Positions 19,425 to 29,750 of a DNA stretch of 61,129 nucleotides are shown here, in pieces (position 1 is the stretch's first letter; each line of letters opens with the position of its first letter). The notes below the pieces were generated by a model. That model was given only the letters and a program-made list of their open reading frames with translations. It made no database searches and was not told the DNA's origin. The DNA comes from Candidatus Omnitrophota bacterium (GTDB taxonomy: Bacteria; Omnitrophota; Gorgyraeia; 2-01-FULL-45-10): the NCBI GenBank assembly GCA_903843285.1, contig CAIMPC010000026.1, forward strand, positions 1 to 61,129. Reading direction: 5' to 3'. A program made the position numbers and the translations under genes.

Positions 19425-19834
19425 GTCTTCGCCTCTCTTCCGCCTTTCGTACTCTGCGAAACAAAGTGTATGCCGAATACTATAAGTGCTATCCCCACCC
19501 ATCGAAGTAAGCTGACGTGCTCATGGAGGAATACCATAGCGACTATTGCGACAAATATATAGGAGGTGCTTCCCACCGGCATAGCGATGCTCAGGTCAAC
19601 GCGTGAAAGTATTACGATCCATAAAAAGAAGTTTAGTATTAATACTAATATGCCGAGCCAGACCAGCGGCGATGATGAGCCTTTGACCGCAAATTCCGCT
19701 ATATTGCCAAGACCTATATCATTGATTCCTACTTGATTCAAACCCTTCTTCATAAAAAACTGTGCGATCGTATCGCCTATATCATTCAGCACTATGAGCA
19801 GGAATATTTTTAATGTAAGCCCATTGTTCTTCAT
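19421..19834 (-). CDS. EamA/SMR-type small membrane transporter (ArnE/ArnF-like flippase subunit)
   Basis: AQFFMKKG, LSRVDLSIAMP, FLHEHVS..RWVG; 4 TM helices. Confidence 0.8.
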   Translation of the reverse strand: MKNNGLTLKIFLLIVLNDIGDTIAQFFMKKGLNQVGINDIGLGNIAEFAVKGSSSPLVWLGILVLILNFFLWIVILSRVDLSIAMPVGSTSYIFVAIVAMVFLHEHVSLLRWVGIALIVFGIHFVSQSTKGGREAKT

Positions 19835-21003
19835 TTGCGCGGCACCTGTTTTCTAGATGACTCTTTAGCGGCCTTTAATGCAGGATCGAAGTTCTCAAAT
19901 TTCAACAGCTGGCACGCGATCTTAAATGCAGGCCTCATCCATCTGTTGCGAAGTTTCGCATAAATGTATAGCGGCACAAATTCGAAGCCCAACCTTCTCT
20001 TGGGCTCATAACCGGTGATACCCATCTCGTACGTCTTTATTTTGTTCTTTATACACCAGTTCATGATGTCTCTGAACTTAACGAAGTACAGATGGTACTT
20101 ATGGGCGATTGAATAGTCGAGCCCGACGTAATAGTCTATCAGCCGATCCTTGGAAACCAGACATAAAAGAAATGCGACGAGCTTTCCGTCCATATGCCAC
20201 AGAAAATACTTCGTCTCTTCAGGCATATTCTTCGAAATATTTTTAAAGAACGCCATCGGAAGAAGCTCAAAACCCATGTCATGTTTATCAACTATATCCA
20301 GATAGAGCTTATATACATCTCTCAGATCATGCTCGCTGAGCATGCTGACTATCTGCATGTCCAGCTTAAATTGGCCGTCAACCTTCCTAAATTTTCTTCT
20401 TAGATCGTATCTGGACGCAGCGCTCAGAGTATTAAGATACTCCTCGAAATCTTTAAACCAAACGTTCATTTCGGTCGTGGGCAGGCTATCGAGCTTAACG
20501 TATCCCTGCCTTTGAAGCGGGTCGAGATCTCTGGTGTGCTCGCCATGGAAATCTTTAAATGCGATCACCGCGCACTTCTCTTTCCTCGCTATCTGCTCGA
20601 TTCGCCTGGTCAAAACATGGATCACCTTTTCCCGTTCACCCACGATGCCTATGTGGGCCGGGCCTATGGGTATACCGCACGCTATGGCTTTTAAGCTAAA
20701 TATATTCGGCCTAAGCTTTTTAATGGCGTTTGACAATCTGCGTAGCGGTCCGTTTACACTAGTATCGAGAGAGTATTTCATCAGGAAGCATGTGGCAGCG
20801 CCTATAGCCTTCTTGCCCTCATAAGCCATGATATAATAGAAGGAGAATTGATCCAGTGCGGATTCATCGAGCGTTCTGAAAAAATTATACCCCTCCAGAA
20901 CATCCGGATATACCTTATTCCATACCTCCGGAGAAATATCTTCTATTTTTCTAAAAACCCTGGTCTTAAGCGAAAGTCTCTTATGTCGCCTGGATATTAT
21001 CAT
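19831..21003 (-). CDS. GNAT-family (FemAB-like, double GNAT) acyl/aminoacyl transferase
   Basis: FEEYLNTLS...RYDLRRK, YVGLDY, GITGYEPKRRLG. Confidence 0.8.
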   Translation of the reverse strand: MIISRRHKRLSLKTRVFRKIEDISPEVWNKVYPDVLEGYNFFRTLDESALDQFSFYYIMAYEGKKAIGAATCFLMKYSLDTSVNGPLRRLSNAIKKLRPNIFSLKAIACGIPIGPAHIGIVGEREKVIHVLTRRIEQIARKEKCAVIAFKDFHGEHTRDLDPLQRQGYVKLDSLPTTEMNVWFKDFEEYLNTLSAASRYDLRRKFRKVDGQFKLDMQIVSMLSEHDLRDVYKLYLDIVDKHDMGFELLPMAFFKNISKNMPEETKYFLWHMDGKLVAFLLCLVSKDRLIDYYVGLDYSIAHKYHLYFVKFRDIMNWCIKNKIKTYEMGITGYEPKRRLGFEFVPLYIYAKLRNRWMRPAFKIACQLLKFENFDPALKAAKESSRKQVPRK

Positions 21004-21083
21004 TTAGCTCCGTAGAAATTCATATTTATTGTCACCATGCCATTATCATATTACATAATCGTTTATATCAAATCAATATCCTA

Positions 21084-21962
21084 TTAAATTGATTCGTGCT
21101 TAATTATATTCTTGCCCTCTTCTTTCGCCAGGTACATCAATCTATCGGCTTTCGTTATGAGCGTATCTATATTAGACGGCGGATTTATGCATGTCAGAAC
21201 TCCCATGCTTATAGTACTGAACCATCTGTTCTTATCTATCATGCTTAATATCTCTCTGCGTATTCTCCCGGCTACGACATCTCCGGATGCGTAATCTGTC
21301 TCCGGAAATAATATGGCAAATTCGTCACCGCCTATACGAGCTACCGTATCTGAAGCCCTTACACTATTCTTCAGCACATATGCTGTGGTACGCAGCATGG
21401 TGTCCCCTGCAACGTGCCCAAAAGTATCATTAATTCGTTTAAAATTATCCAAGTCTATATAAGCTAACGTCAGTGGCCTATCATATCTATTCGTTCTATT
21501 CAGTTCTTTATAGGCCATTTCATGGAAATATCTGCTGTTCGCTATTCCGGTTAGGTAGTCTATCCTTGATACGGTCTTTTCGCGATCCAGCGCCCGCCTC
21601 AAACCGTGCAAGGTATAAATAAATATCACAAAGAAGATTATTTTAATAACCAGATTCCAATAAGGAATGGCAGGATTACCGTAGTCGGGGGACCTGAGAG
21701 TTTCGTCAAAGAACCAGATCAGAACGCTCAACGCCAGAGGCGTAATACTAAACCACAGCCCTGCAAACCATGCGACCAAGGCAATAGGTATAAGATAAAA
21801 TATCTGAAAGGAAATATAAGGCCCTGCGATGTAGTCACTGTATCCCAGCGCCAAAACAACGATAGAGGAAATAATAAGAGCGGCAAATCGCAGTAATCGA
21901 TTATCGCGTTCTTTTCTATGATCCGGTATATACTCTGTAAGCATCGAATATATTATACACAA
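21084..21962 (-). CDS. Membrane-bound diguanylate cyclase
   Basis: 4 TM helices, DYLTGIANSR, DLDNFKRINDTFGH, RIGGDEF. Confidence 0.92.
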   Translation of the reverse strand: MCIIYSMLTEYIPDHRKERDNRLLRFAALIISSIVVLALGYSDYIAGPYISFQIFYLIPIALVAWFAGLWFSITPLALSVLIWFFDETLRSPDYGNPAIPYWNLVIKIIFFVIFIYTLHGLRRALDREKTVSRIDYLTGIANSRYFHEMAYKELNRTNRYDRPLTLAYIDLDNFKRINDTFGHVAGDTMLRTTAYVLKNSVRASDTVARIGGDEFAILFPETDYASGDVVAGRIRREILSMIDKNRWFSTISMGVLTCINPPSNIDTLITKADRLMYLAKEEGKNIIKHESI

Positions 21963-21996
21963 TGAAAAGCTTCTAAGCCAGATTATATATTTCTAC

Positions 21997-24900
21997 TTAT
22001 TTCGACTGTGGAGTTTCTTTATTATCTCCGGGAGGGTGTCTCCTGCTGGATTCAAACTTAGAGAATATTTCGTAAGCGCACGGAACTACAAATAGCGTTA
22101 AAATCGTGGAAAGCGTTACTCCTCCAATAACAGAAATAGCCATGGGCACCATCGTCTCCGATCCGGAACCTTTTGAAAGCGCTTCCGGTATGGCGGCGGC
22201 GATTATCGCTATGGATGTCATTAAGATCGGGCGTAATCTTATAGGGCAGGCATCCAGAAGCGCCTCTCTGACCCCCATGCCTTGTTTGCACCGTTCATTC
22301 GTAAAGTCGACCAGGAGGATAGAATTCTTTTTAACGATACCCATGAGAAGAATGAGCCCTATCATGCTGTACAGGTTAAGGGAGTTGCCGGTCAGGAAGA
22401 GCAATAAAAATGCTCCGGTGATGCTGAATGGCAGGGCTAAAAGTACCGTGACGGGATGAATAAAACTGTCAAACTGGACGCCAAGCACCATGTATGCTAC
22501 AAAAATTCCCAAAATGAGGGTAAATATCAATCCCTGAAAGGATTCTTTAAAGGCCTGGGCTCCCCCGGAGAATACTATGCGATATCCTTCCGGCAGGACC
22601 TGTTTTCCTATTTTCATGACTTCATTGAGCGCTTCCTGCTGCGAATGTTTAGGGGCTGGGTTCGCAAAGATGCTCACGGCACGCTCACGGTTTTTACGGG
22701 TGATCGAAAAAAGGCTCGGCTTAACTTCTGCCGTTACCACGCTCGATAGCGGCACGACCTCTCCGAATTGGTTGCGGACCCACATCTTATTAATATCTGC
22801 CGGGTTTGACCTGTCGGATTCGAGTAGCCGCACCCTGACATCGTAACGTTTTCCCCGGCTGGTGTACTTACCCTGACGAACTCCTCCGACCATGGCGTTG
22901 ATAGTGTCGGCTATGGAGAGCACGCTAACACCGTGTTCCGCAGCCTTTTCACGGTCAGGGTGGATCTGTAATTCCGGCATGCCAAGCTGATAGTCGGTAT
23001 CGATATCGGTCATGAAGCCCGAGGCCTTCATCTTCTTCATTATCTCCTGACCGCACTCTCCGAGCTTATCCCAATCAGACCCCCTTACCGTAAATTCGAC
23101 AGGAAACCCGCGCTGGGCGGTAAAGCCACTTAAAGAAAGATCCTGAATTACCGCACGATCGACTCCGGGAATCGCACCGAATGCCTTACGGGACTCCTGC
23201 ATAAATTCGGCCTGGGTCTCATGATGCCCGTTTATCATAGGACGTTTGTCCCGGGGCTTCATCGTAATAAAGAGAAACCCTGAATTAACCTGTCCTCCGG
23301 TAAAACTGCCGACAGCACTAAAATATGTCTCTATATCACTGCGTCCCATGAGATACTTTTCGGCCTTAAGAAATATTTCATTGGTATTCTCTATTGATGA
23401 GCCCAGAGGCAGGGTTATCCTGGCTAAAAAACGCCCCTGGTCCTGCGATGGAACGAATTCTTTCTTTATAACTGATGTTAGTGTTAAGGAAGCGATAAAT
23501 ACAATGGTCGTGATGATAAGCACTAATTTAGGCATGTCCAATAAACGGGATAGGCTGGCACGATACCATCCGGATATAGATTTCATGATCTTATCGATGA
23601 TATGACCCAGCTTCGTAGTATGCCCTACATTCAAAAATTGCGAACACCTCATCGGGGTAATGGTGATAGCTTCCAGTAAAGAGAACATTACCGCTACTGA
23701 AATAGTGACTCCGAACTGGAAGAAGAATTTGCCTATGATGCCCTGCATAAATATGACAGGTATGAATATAGCCAATATAGCGACCGATGTGGCGACAGCC
23801 GCAAAAGTTATCTCCCGCGCTCCTATAAGAGCCGAGTTCAGGCGCGACTCTCCCTTCTCCTGATAACGCGAGATATTCTCCAGGACCATAATGGCATCGT
23901 CTACTACTATACCTATGACCAGCGAAAGACCGAGCATGGTGAAGACGTTGATAGTGAAGCCCATGAAATACAGGACCAGGAATGCGCCAGCCAGAGAGAA
24001 TGGTATAGATAAGAGGACATTGATATTAGCGCTCCAGGAGCCGAGGAATACGAGGCATACAACCGATGTCAGGATGATCGAAAGGATCAGATTCCTCTCC
24101 AACTCATCCACGGAATCCTGAATAAACTGAGTTGCGTCAAATACTACCGCCAGGTGTGTGCCCGAAGGTAAAATCTTCTGCAGTTCCGCCACTTTCTTTT
24201 TTACGCCCTTAGCCACTTCCATGGCGTTAGTCCCGCGCTGTTTTACTATCCCCAGGCCGATTGCAGTCCTGCCCCAACTGCGCGACATTCTGCGGATATC
24301 CGCCAGACCATCTTCGACTTTGCCCACATCGCCGATGCGCATATTCTTCCAGATCGGGCCTCCACGTATACGTTGCGGTATTATTATATTTTCAAATTGT
24401 TCCGGCGTGGTCGCCTCGCCATAAACACGGACGTTGACCTCCTTAAGCCCGGTATCAATATATCCGGCCGGAAGATCGGCATGCTGAAAACCAATAGCTC
24501 CCAGAATGTCTTCTACAGTAAGCTGTTTCTCCTGCATCTTTCCTGCATTAAGCCACACTCTCAGGTTCGGCTCGACATAACCTCCGAGCCTGATCTCGCC
24601 GACGCCCGGAACCGTAGTGAATTGGTCTTTCAATGTTTCATTCACATAATGGATAAGCTCTTTGAGAGGCCGCTCTCCTGAAAGCGCTACAAACATTATC
24701 GGCTGATCTTCAGGATTGGTCTTGGTTACTATGGGGGGGTCTATATCCTTCGGCAGATTTCTCTGCGCCTGCGCAATCTTAGTCTGGACTTCCTGCAATG
24801 CCACATCAATATTGCGATTAAGGTTAAACTCTATCGATATCTGCGTCAGTCCCTGCATGGATGTCGAAGTAACTTCCTTAACTCCTTCGACGCTCATCAC

Positions 24901-25110
24901 GGCATCTTCGACTATATCCGTAACGTCCGTCTCCATAACCTCGGGCGCGGCACCTTCCCAGGTGATCGCTACGGATACTACCGGAAAATCGATATCGGGT
25001 AACTGGCTTACACCTAACCGGGAGAAACCGATGACGCCGAAGACGATGACACCTATCATCAGCATCCACCCAAAGACCGGCCGTTTAATAGAAAGATCAG
25101 AAAGCGTCAT
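21997..25110 (-). CDS. RND efflux permease (AcrB/AcrD/AcrF family)
   Basis: SIKRPV, GIVVDDAIMVLEN, GIVKKNSIL, RLRPILMT. Confidence 0.95.
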   Translation of the reverse strand: MTLSDLSIKRPVFGWMLMIGVIVFGVIGFSRLGVSQLPDIDFPVVSVAITWEGAAPEVMETDVTDIVEDAVMSVEGVKEVTSTSMQGLTQISIEFNLNRNIDVALQEVQTKIAQAQRNLPKDIDPPIVTKTNPEDQPIMFVALSGERPLKELIHYVNETLKDQFTTVPGVGEIRLGGYVEPNLRVWLNAGKMQEKQLTVEDILGAIGFQHADLPAGYIDTGLKEVNVRVYGEATTPEQFENIIIPQRIRGGPIWKNMRIGDVGKVEDGLADIRRMSRSWGRTAIGLGIVKQRGTNAMEVAKGVKKKVAELQKILPSGTHLAVVFDATQFIQDSVDELERNLILSIILTSVVCLVFLGSWSANINVLLSIPFSLAGAFLVLYFMGFTINVFTMLGLSLVIGIVVDDAIMVLENISRYQEKGESRLNSALIGAREITFAAVATSVAILAIFIPVIFMQGIIGKFFFQFGVTISVAVMFSLLEAITITPMRCSQFLNVGHTTKLGHIIDKIMKSISGWYRASLSRLLDMPKLVLIITTIVFIASLTLTSVIKKEFVPSQDQGRFLARITLPLGSSIENTNEIFLKAEKYLMGRSDIETYFSAVGSFTGGQVNSGFLFITMKPRDKRPMINGHHETQAEFMQESRKAFGAIPGVDRAVIQDLSLSGFTAQRGFPVEFTVRGSDWDKLGECGQEIMKKMKASGFMTDIDTDYQLGMPELQIHPDREKAAEHGVSVLSIADTINAMVGGVRQGKYTSRGKRYDVRVRLLESDRSNPADINKMWVRNQFGEVVPLSSVVTAEVKPSLFSITRKNRERAVSIFANPAPKHSQQEALNEVMKIGKQVLPEGYRIVFSGGAQAFKESFQGLIFTLILGIFVAYMVLGVQFDSFIHPVTVLLALPFSITGAFLLLFLTGNSLNLYSMIGLILLMGIVKKNSILLVDFTNERCKQGMGVREALLDACPIRLRPILMTSIAIIAAAIPEALSKGSGSETMVPMAISVIGGVTLSTILTLFVVPCAYEIFSKFESSRRHPPGDNKETPQSK

Positions 25111-26530
25111 TTAAACTCTCCGTTCCACTCTGTCCTACAGCTACTCTAAGCTGCCAATACTGGCGCTTTGACTCATAGAGCGCATGCATATAATTTCTCT
25201 CGGAGTCCTGCAGTGTCTGTATCGAAGTGAGCACGTCCAGGTTGTTGACAAGGCTTCGTAAGTAATCTTTTCTTTGCAGATGGTAATTAAGTTTAGCGGT
25301 AGTATATGTTTTACGAAGTGCTTCACATACGGCCATTGCGGTCTTCAGGGTAACGTACGTGTTCTTAATGTCATATGGCGCCGTGCGCCTTGTTCTGTGA
25401 TACAATAATCCTGCTTGATCCGCTTGTAAATTCGCCGCCTTTGAATTACCCAGCGTCAATCCACCGTCAAATATGGGTACATTCACTACCAGCGCGACAT
25501 CCCAATCCGTCCCTTTATCCAACCCGGCGCGCTGTGTATAATAGTTGGCCTCGATGTTCACTTCTGGGAAGAAACCACTGTCCGCCACCACTATATTTTC
25601 CTTTGACAATAGCCAGGTGTATTTCGCAGCTATAACATCCGGGCGGTTATCGGCCAAAGAGAGATAATACCCTTCCGAAAATAACATTGCGGGAAATTTG
25701 TATGTGTCCGAGACCTCCCCGACCGAGTGCCCTATCAGGAATTCCAATAATTGACGCGCGATGATCTCCTGGCTCTTCGAAATCTCCAGGGAGGCATCGA
25801 CACCATAGAGTTGCGCCTTCGCATAAACTATTTCACTGGGCCTCGATTTACCAATATCTGCCCTGTCCCGCAGTTCTTTAACGCGTCTGGAAAGGGCTGA
25901 TTTGGTCATAGAAAGCACCTTAATATCCTGCCGCTTCTCGATCAAGAGATAAAATGCGTTAGCCACGTCGACCAATAGCAGTTGTTCGGCGCGTATCTTC
26001 TCTTCCGTTCTCTGATTACGCTCATACTTCGAGCCCCTTATGGCGGCTATCGCCTTAAAACCATTAAAAAGGGTCTGCGTATAATTAAAATTACGCGTCG
26101 AACTCTTAAGATTCGCGAAAGCCGAAGAAGCGCCCCCTCCTACATCTTCGATAGTATTATCCGCCTGCTGGAAATCGTATGATTGAAATGAGGCGTTCGG
26201 CATCATTATCGAAATGGCCTGCAGGAAATGCGCCTCAGTCAATTTAATAAAATCTGCGTCAATAGCGATTATCTCGCTCTGCACCAGAGACATTCGATAG
26301 CAATCGGAGAGCGTAAGCGCAGGGTTAACCAGAGAATGCCGCATAGATAAATTACCGGAAGCGCCGGGCTCTATGGTCGACTTACTATTTTTAGGTTTCA
26401 CTTCCGCGGGTACTTTATGCGCGGCACTAGCCGTAGAATCACCTTCGCTCATAACATAGGATGGATTACAGCTTAGGGTTAAAGCGCAAATCATTATAAC
26501 CGCGAGTATCTTTTTCATCTTATATTTCAA
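25097..26530 (-). CDS. TolC-family outer membrane efflux protein
   Basis: Signal peptide, QTLFNGF, NRPDV, VPIFDGG; sits between MarR and RND genes. Confidence 0.9.
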   Translation of the reverse strand: MKYKMKKILAVIMICALTLSCNPSYVMSEGDSTASAAHKVPAEVKPKNSKSTIEPGASGNLSMRHSLVNPALTLSDCYRMSLVQSEIIAIDADFIKLTEAHFLQAISIMMPNASFQSYDFQQADNTIEDVGGGASSAFANLKSSTRNFNYTQTLFNGFKAIAAIRGSKYERNQRTEEKIRAEQLLLVDVANAFYLLIEKRQDIKVLSMTKSALSRRVKELRDRADIGKSRPSEIVYAKAQLYGVDASLEISKSQEIIARQLLEFLIGHSVGEVSDTYKFPAMLFSEGYYLSLADNRPDVIAAKYTWLLSKENIVVADSGFFPEVNIEANYYTQRAGLDKGTDWDVALVVNVPIFDGGLTLGNSKAANLQADQAGLLYHRTRRTAPYDIKNTYVTLKTAMAVCEALRKTYTTAKLNYHLQRKDYLRSLVNNLDVLTSIQTLQDSERNYMHALYESKRQYWQLRVAVGQSGTESLNDAF

Positions 26531-26967
26531 CCTTTAATACCATCTCTTATCTTCGACAATAACCTTAAATATTCATCTCTTTCGATTAGCGATAAAACAC
26601 TGAATAGTTTAATCACCATCTGCCGCCTGTGGCTATGGATCATCTTTACAGACTTATTACCCTTCGCTGTCAGCCTTATTTTTATGACGCGCCTGTCGGC
26701 CGGGTCGCTGATCCTGACCACATGGCCATCCCTTACCAGTCTTTCTACTATGCCTGTCATCGCGGCGGTGGTAACGCCCATACTCTTAGAGAGATCGGAC
26801 ATGTTCAGTTCACCGTTCTTAGCCAGCATATCGAGTATCACGCATTGAGGCAAGGTCAGCTTAACCTTATAATATTCGATCGTCTGATTTCTAAGAAACT
26901 CCCTCGAGAAGGCAGACATTATGTCCCCGATCTTGTCGGCAAAATCGGTAAGCGTAAGACTGCCCAT
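26527..26967 (-). CDS. MarR-family transcriptional regulator
   Basis: LTLPQ, AMTGIVERLV, DPADRRVIKIRLT; RBS AAGGGGG before ATG 26967. Confidence 0.92.
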   Translation of the reverse strand: MGSLTLTDFADKIGDIMSAFSREFLRNQTIEYYKVKLTLPQCVILDMLAKNGELNMSDLSKSMGVTTAAMTGIVERLVRDGHVVRISDPADRRVIKIRLTAKGNKSVKMIHSHRRQMVIKLFSVLSLIERDEYLRLLSKIRDGIKG

Positions 26968-26993
26968 AACTAACCCCCTTAATAGTAAATGGC

Positions 26994-27006
26994 ATTGACA
27001 ATCAAT
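26994..27006. promoter_or_regulatory. Candidate MarR operator palindrome
   Basis: ATTGA-CAA-TCAAT lies between a minus-strand TTGACA and the marR RBS. Confidence 0.4.
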
Positions 27007-27061
27007 AGTATTATATATCACATCGGCAGCATCTCTGTCAACCCATAAATTAAATAGTAAA

Positions 27062-27113
27062 AAAAGTAAGAGCTAAGGTCTTATCGATAAAACTGCCCTT
27101 ATCTCTTACTTTT
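27062..27113 (-). terminator. Probable intrinsic terminator
   Basis: AAAAGTAAGAG.TAAGG / CCTTA.CTCTTACTTTT inverted repeat followed by a T-run on the minus strand. Confidence 0.45.
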
Positions 27114-27173
27114 ACAACGTACTTCTTGTGGGCCTATTCGCAAATGGCCTACGTAACGATATCTAATAAATTA

Positions 27174-27230
27174 TTACTTTTTCTTGCCGCCTTTTTTCGT
27201 TTTCTTCGATCCACATGATCCGCAACCCAT
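27174..27230 (-). CDS. 18-aa Cys/Lys-rich peptide MGCGSCGSKKTKKGGKKK
   Basis: Strong SD GAGGGGGTGA upstream of the ATG, tandem TAA TAA stops; same SD as the upstream gene. Confidence 0.55.
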   Translation of the reverse strand: MGCGSCGSKKTKKGGKKK

Positions 27231-27286
27231 CGTTATTCACCCCCTCTGGCCTTAAATACTCGAATCGCTTGCACTCTTCTAAGTAT

Positions 27287-27463
27287 TTAGCAAGAGCATT
27301 TCTGCGATCTTACGATCTTCTCCGCTTCAAGCCAGTTTGCAAGATCACGTCCGCTTTTGCGGCCGCTCTTCTCGTAAAGCTCATAAGCTTTCTTCTTTAC
27401 CGCATCCGAAAACTGCGTCTGCGAGCAAGATGACGTCGAAGATTTCATATTAATTTTTGCCAT
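27287..27463 (-). CDS. DUF2934-domain small protein
   Basis: KKKAYELYEKSGR..GRDLANWLEAE; SD AAGGGGGTGA; TTGACT-N17-TATAGT promoter at 27509-27537. Confidence 0.85.
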   Translation of the reverse strand: MAKINMKSSTSSCSQTQFSDAVKKKAYELYEKSGRKSGRDLANWLEAEKIVRSQKCSC

Positions 27464-27668
27464 TCCAATCACCCCCTTCTTGTTTTTCTATAGAACAAAC
27501 TTAAAGTAACTATATACCATATATTGCTTTTAGTCAAACAGTTCTCGAAGGGATAATTTAATATGTCTATCTTAATCGGCGCATTTCTGCTATACTATGG
27601 TCCTATGAAGGATCGGGCAAATTCTGCATAGAAACCCAACGATATAATCAAAAGAGGTTACGGATAAT

Positions 27669-28649
27669 ATGAAGATCAAGGAATTGGCACATCTTATAGA
27701 AGGCCTGGTGGAAGGCAGTGGTGACATCGACATTAATGGCTTGAGCGGCATAGAGAAAGCAAAGCTGGGCGACCTTACCTTTGCCATAGACGAGACAAAG
27801 CTTGCCGAAGCCGAACATAGCAATGCCTCATGCGTGCTTACGAATAAAACTATAAGAAAATCCTCCAAAACGCTTATCAGGGTAACAAATCCGAAACTTT
27901 CGTTCCTGATCATCTACAACACATTTAACACGCCAAAAGACAGAGAGTCGTTCATACATCCAATGGCTACCGTATCGGATTCGGTTAATATGGGGAAGAA
28001 TGTCTGGATAGGGTCAAGCGTCTCTATAGAGGAAGGCGTGAAGATAGGAGATCGTGTCATAATAGAATCCAACTCCTCTATAAAGAAGAATTGCGAGATA
28101 GATTCGTTCTGTCATATATATCCCAACGTCACTCTATATGAAAACACAAAATTACAGAAAAACGTAACTTTGCATAGCGGCGTAGTAATCGGCTCCGATG
28201 GATTTGGCTATGTGAAGGATAAGGATAAGATATATAAATTTCCGCAACTGGGCAGGGTGATCGTCGAGAATAATGTAGAGATTGGATCTAATACTACCAT
28301 TGACAGAGGATCATTAAGCGACACTGTCATCGGCGCCGGTACAAAGATAGATAATCTGTGTCAAATCGCCCATAACGTAAAGATGGGTAAAAATTGTCTC
28401 ATAGCGGCGCAGTGCGGCATTTCCGGCAGTACCACGCTGGGAGATAATGTTACCATGGGCGGACAATCAGGAATCGCCGACAATCTGACGATCGGAGACA
28501 ACGTAATTATAGCGGCTAAAACCGGCGTTATCGGTAATTTAAAGAGCGGTGCGACTGTCCTGGGCTTTCCGGCCAGACCCATTGCCCAGGCTAAAAGGCA
28601 AATGGCCATCTTAGCACGACTTAGTAAGGACTCCAGAAAGAGAGACTGA
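27669..28649 (+). CDS. lpxD: UDP-3-O-(3-hydroxyacyl)glucosamine N-acyltransferase
   Basis: Hexapeptide repeats, [25 protein letters not shown]. Confidence 0.95.
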   Translation: MKIKELAHLIEGLVEGSGDIDINGLSGIEKAKLGDLTFAIDETKLAEAEHSNASCVLTNKTIRKSSKTLIRVTNPKLSFLIIYNTFNTPKDRESFIHPMATVSDSVNMGKNVWIGSSVSIEEGVKIGDRVIIESNSSIKKNCEIDSFCHIYPNVTLYENTKLQKNVTLHSGVVIGSDGFGYVKDKDKIYKFPQLGRVIVENNVEIGSNTTIDRGSLSDTVIGAGTKIDNLCQIAHNVKMGKNCLIAAQCGISGSTTLGDNVTMGGQSGIADNLTIGDNVIIAAKTGVIGNLKSGATVLGFPARPIAQAKRQMAILARLSKDSRKRD

Positions 28650-28650
28650 A

Positions 28651-28848
28651 TTGGCAAGAGACAATTATTCATATAAGAAATATCAAAGAGAGCTGTCGAA
28701 GAAAAAGAAAAAAGAAGAAAAGATGCAGCGCAAGATAGATAAAAAGAACGCGCAGCCTGAGGAAACCACTTCGCAGGTTACCGGCGATCTCGCCGCCAAT
28801 GCGCCTAAAGAGCAGCCACTAAATGGCAATAATAATAAAGTCCAATAG
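28651..28848 (+). CDS. Small basic hypothetical protein
   Basis: NYSYKKYQRELSKKKKKEEK; starts 1 nt after the lpxD stop. Confidence 0.6.
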   Translation: MARDNYSYKKYQRELSKKKKKEEKMQRKIDKKNAQPEETTSQVTGDLAANAPKEQPLNGNNNKVQ

Positions 28849-29023
28849 AAAACGCAGATTCTGCAGGCTTTCCAGCTGTAAGCGTCTCTTAAGTATCTAT
28901 AATTTTTCTTCGTACTGCCATGCCCATCGTCATCTCGCCTTACCTAAACAGCCTGCGTCCGCGGCCTCGGCCTAAATTTTTTTAGCCAAAATATATAATT
29001 AGCCGAATGGTTTGCTTTTTACG

Positions 29024-29052
29024 GGAACTTTTTTTCTATTCCCGGTGTCTAA
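29024..29052 (+). promoter_or_regulatory. ECF sigmaE-type promoter
   Basis: GGAACTT-N16-GTCTAA, 30 nt upstream of ATG 29083. Confidence 0.65.
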
Positions 29053-29082
29053 GTCGTAGAAGACAAAGAAAGGGGAATCAAT

Positions 29083-29664
29083 ATGTTAAAAAAATACTCT
29101 AAACACATAGCAGTGGTAGTTATCATATCGGCCCTAGCGCTTGCACTGCCTTGCTCGGAGGCGTTCGCACAGCCTCATGGCGGTAATCAGCATAGGGATG
29201 TAGACCGTGGAAGAGGAGGAGATAGGCACTATTACCGTGATGGTAGATGGTATAGGCATGGGTGGCTCGGGTTTGATATCGCCGTATCCGCACTTGTCGT
29301 CGGAGCGCTCATCGATGCTCTGCCGCCAAGGCATGCTACTATTATGGCTGGAGGCGTTCCTTACTACTATTATGATAATTATTATTATAGGCCATATGTA
29401 TACGGTGGCTACATTGTCGTTCCGCCGCCTATGTTGGTCCAACCTGCGATGATAGTAACTGAACCAGCTCCTATTACCACTGCCCCCGTCACGCAGACTT
29501 CGTCGCAATCTCAAGAAGCTTTAATAATAAACATTCCAAATTCAAGAAACGGCTATACGGCAGTAACGCTGAAAAGATCCGGTAGTGGATATGTCGGGCC
29601 ACAGGGTGAGTACTATTCCGATAATCCTACGGTAGAACAACTGAAGGTGCTATACGGGAAATGA
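29083..29664 (+). CDS. Exported hypothetical protein (DUF6515-like)
   Basis: Signal peptide, HYYRDGRWYR, GVPYYYYDNYYY..GYIVVPPP, C-terminal GYVGPQGEYY..PTVEQL. Confidence 0.75.
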   Translation: MLKKYSKHIAVVVIISALALALPCSEAFAQPHGGNQHRDVDRGRGGDRHYYRDGRWYRHGWLGFDIAVSALVVGALIDALPPRHATIMAGGVPYYYYDNYYYRPYVYGGYIVVPPPMLVQPAMIVTEPAPITTAPVTQTSSQSQEALIINIPNSRNGYTAVTLKRSGSGYVGPQGEYYSDNPTVEQLKVLYGK

Positions 29665-29750
29665 GAACTATAAAGGGTGTAATCCCTGCTTATCGCCCGC
29701 GCGTATAACAGGGTGATGTTTGACAAATTAAATAGAGCCGTTCCCTTTAT

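Noticed and set aside
19425-19502. N-terminal extensions in the ORF track (also at 1014, 27021, 39551, 44559, 47764, 55847)
   Set aside because: Downstream starts have a better RBS or ATGA coupling and avoid long overlaps.
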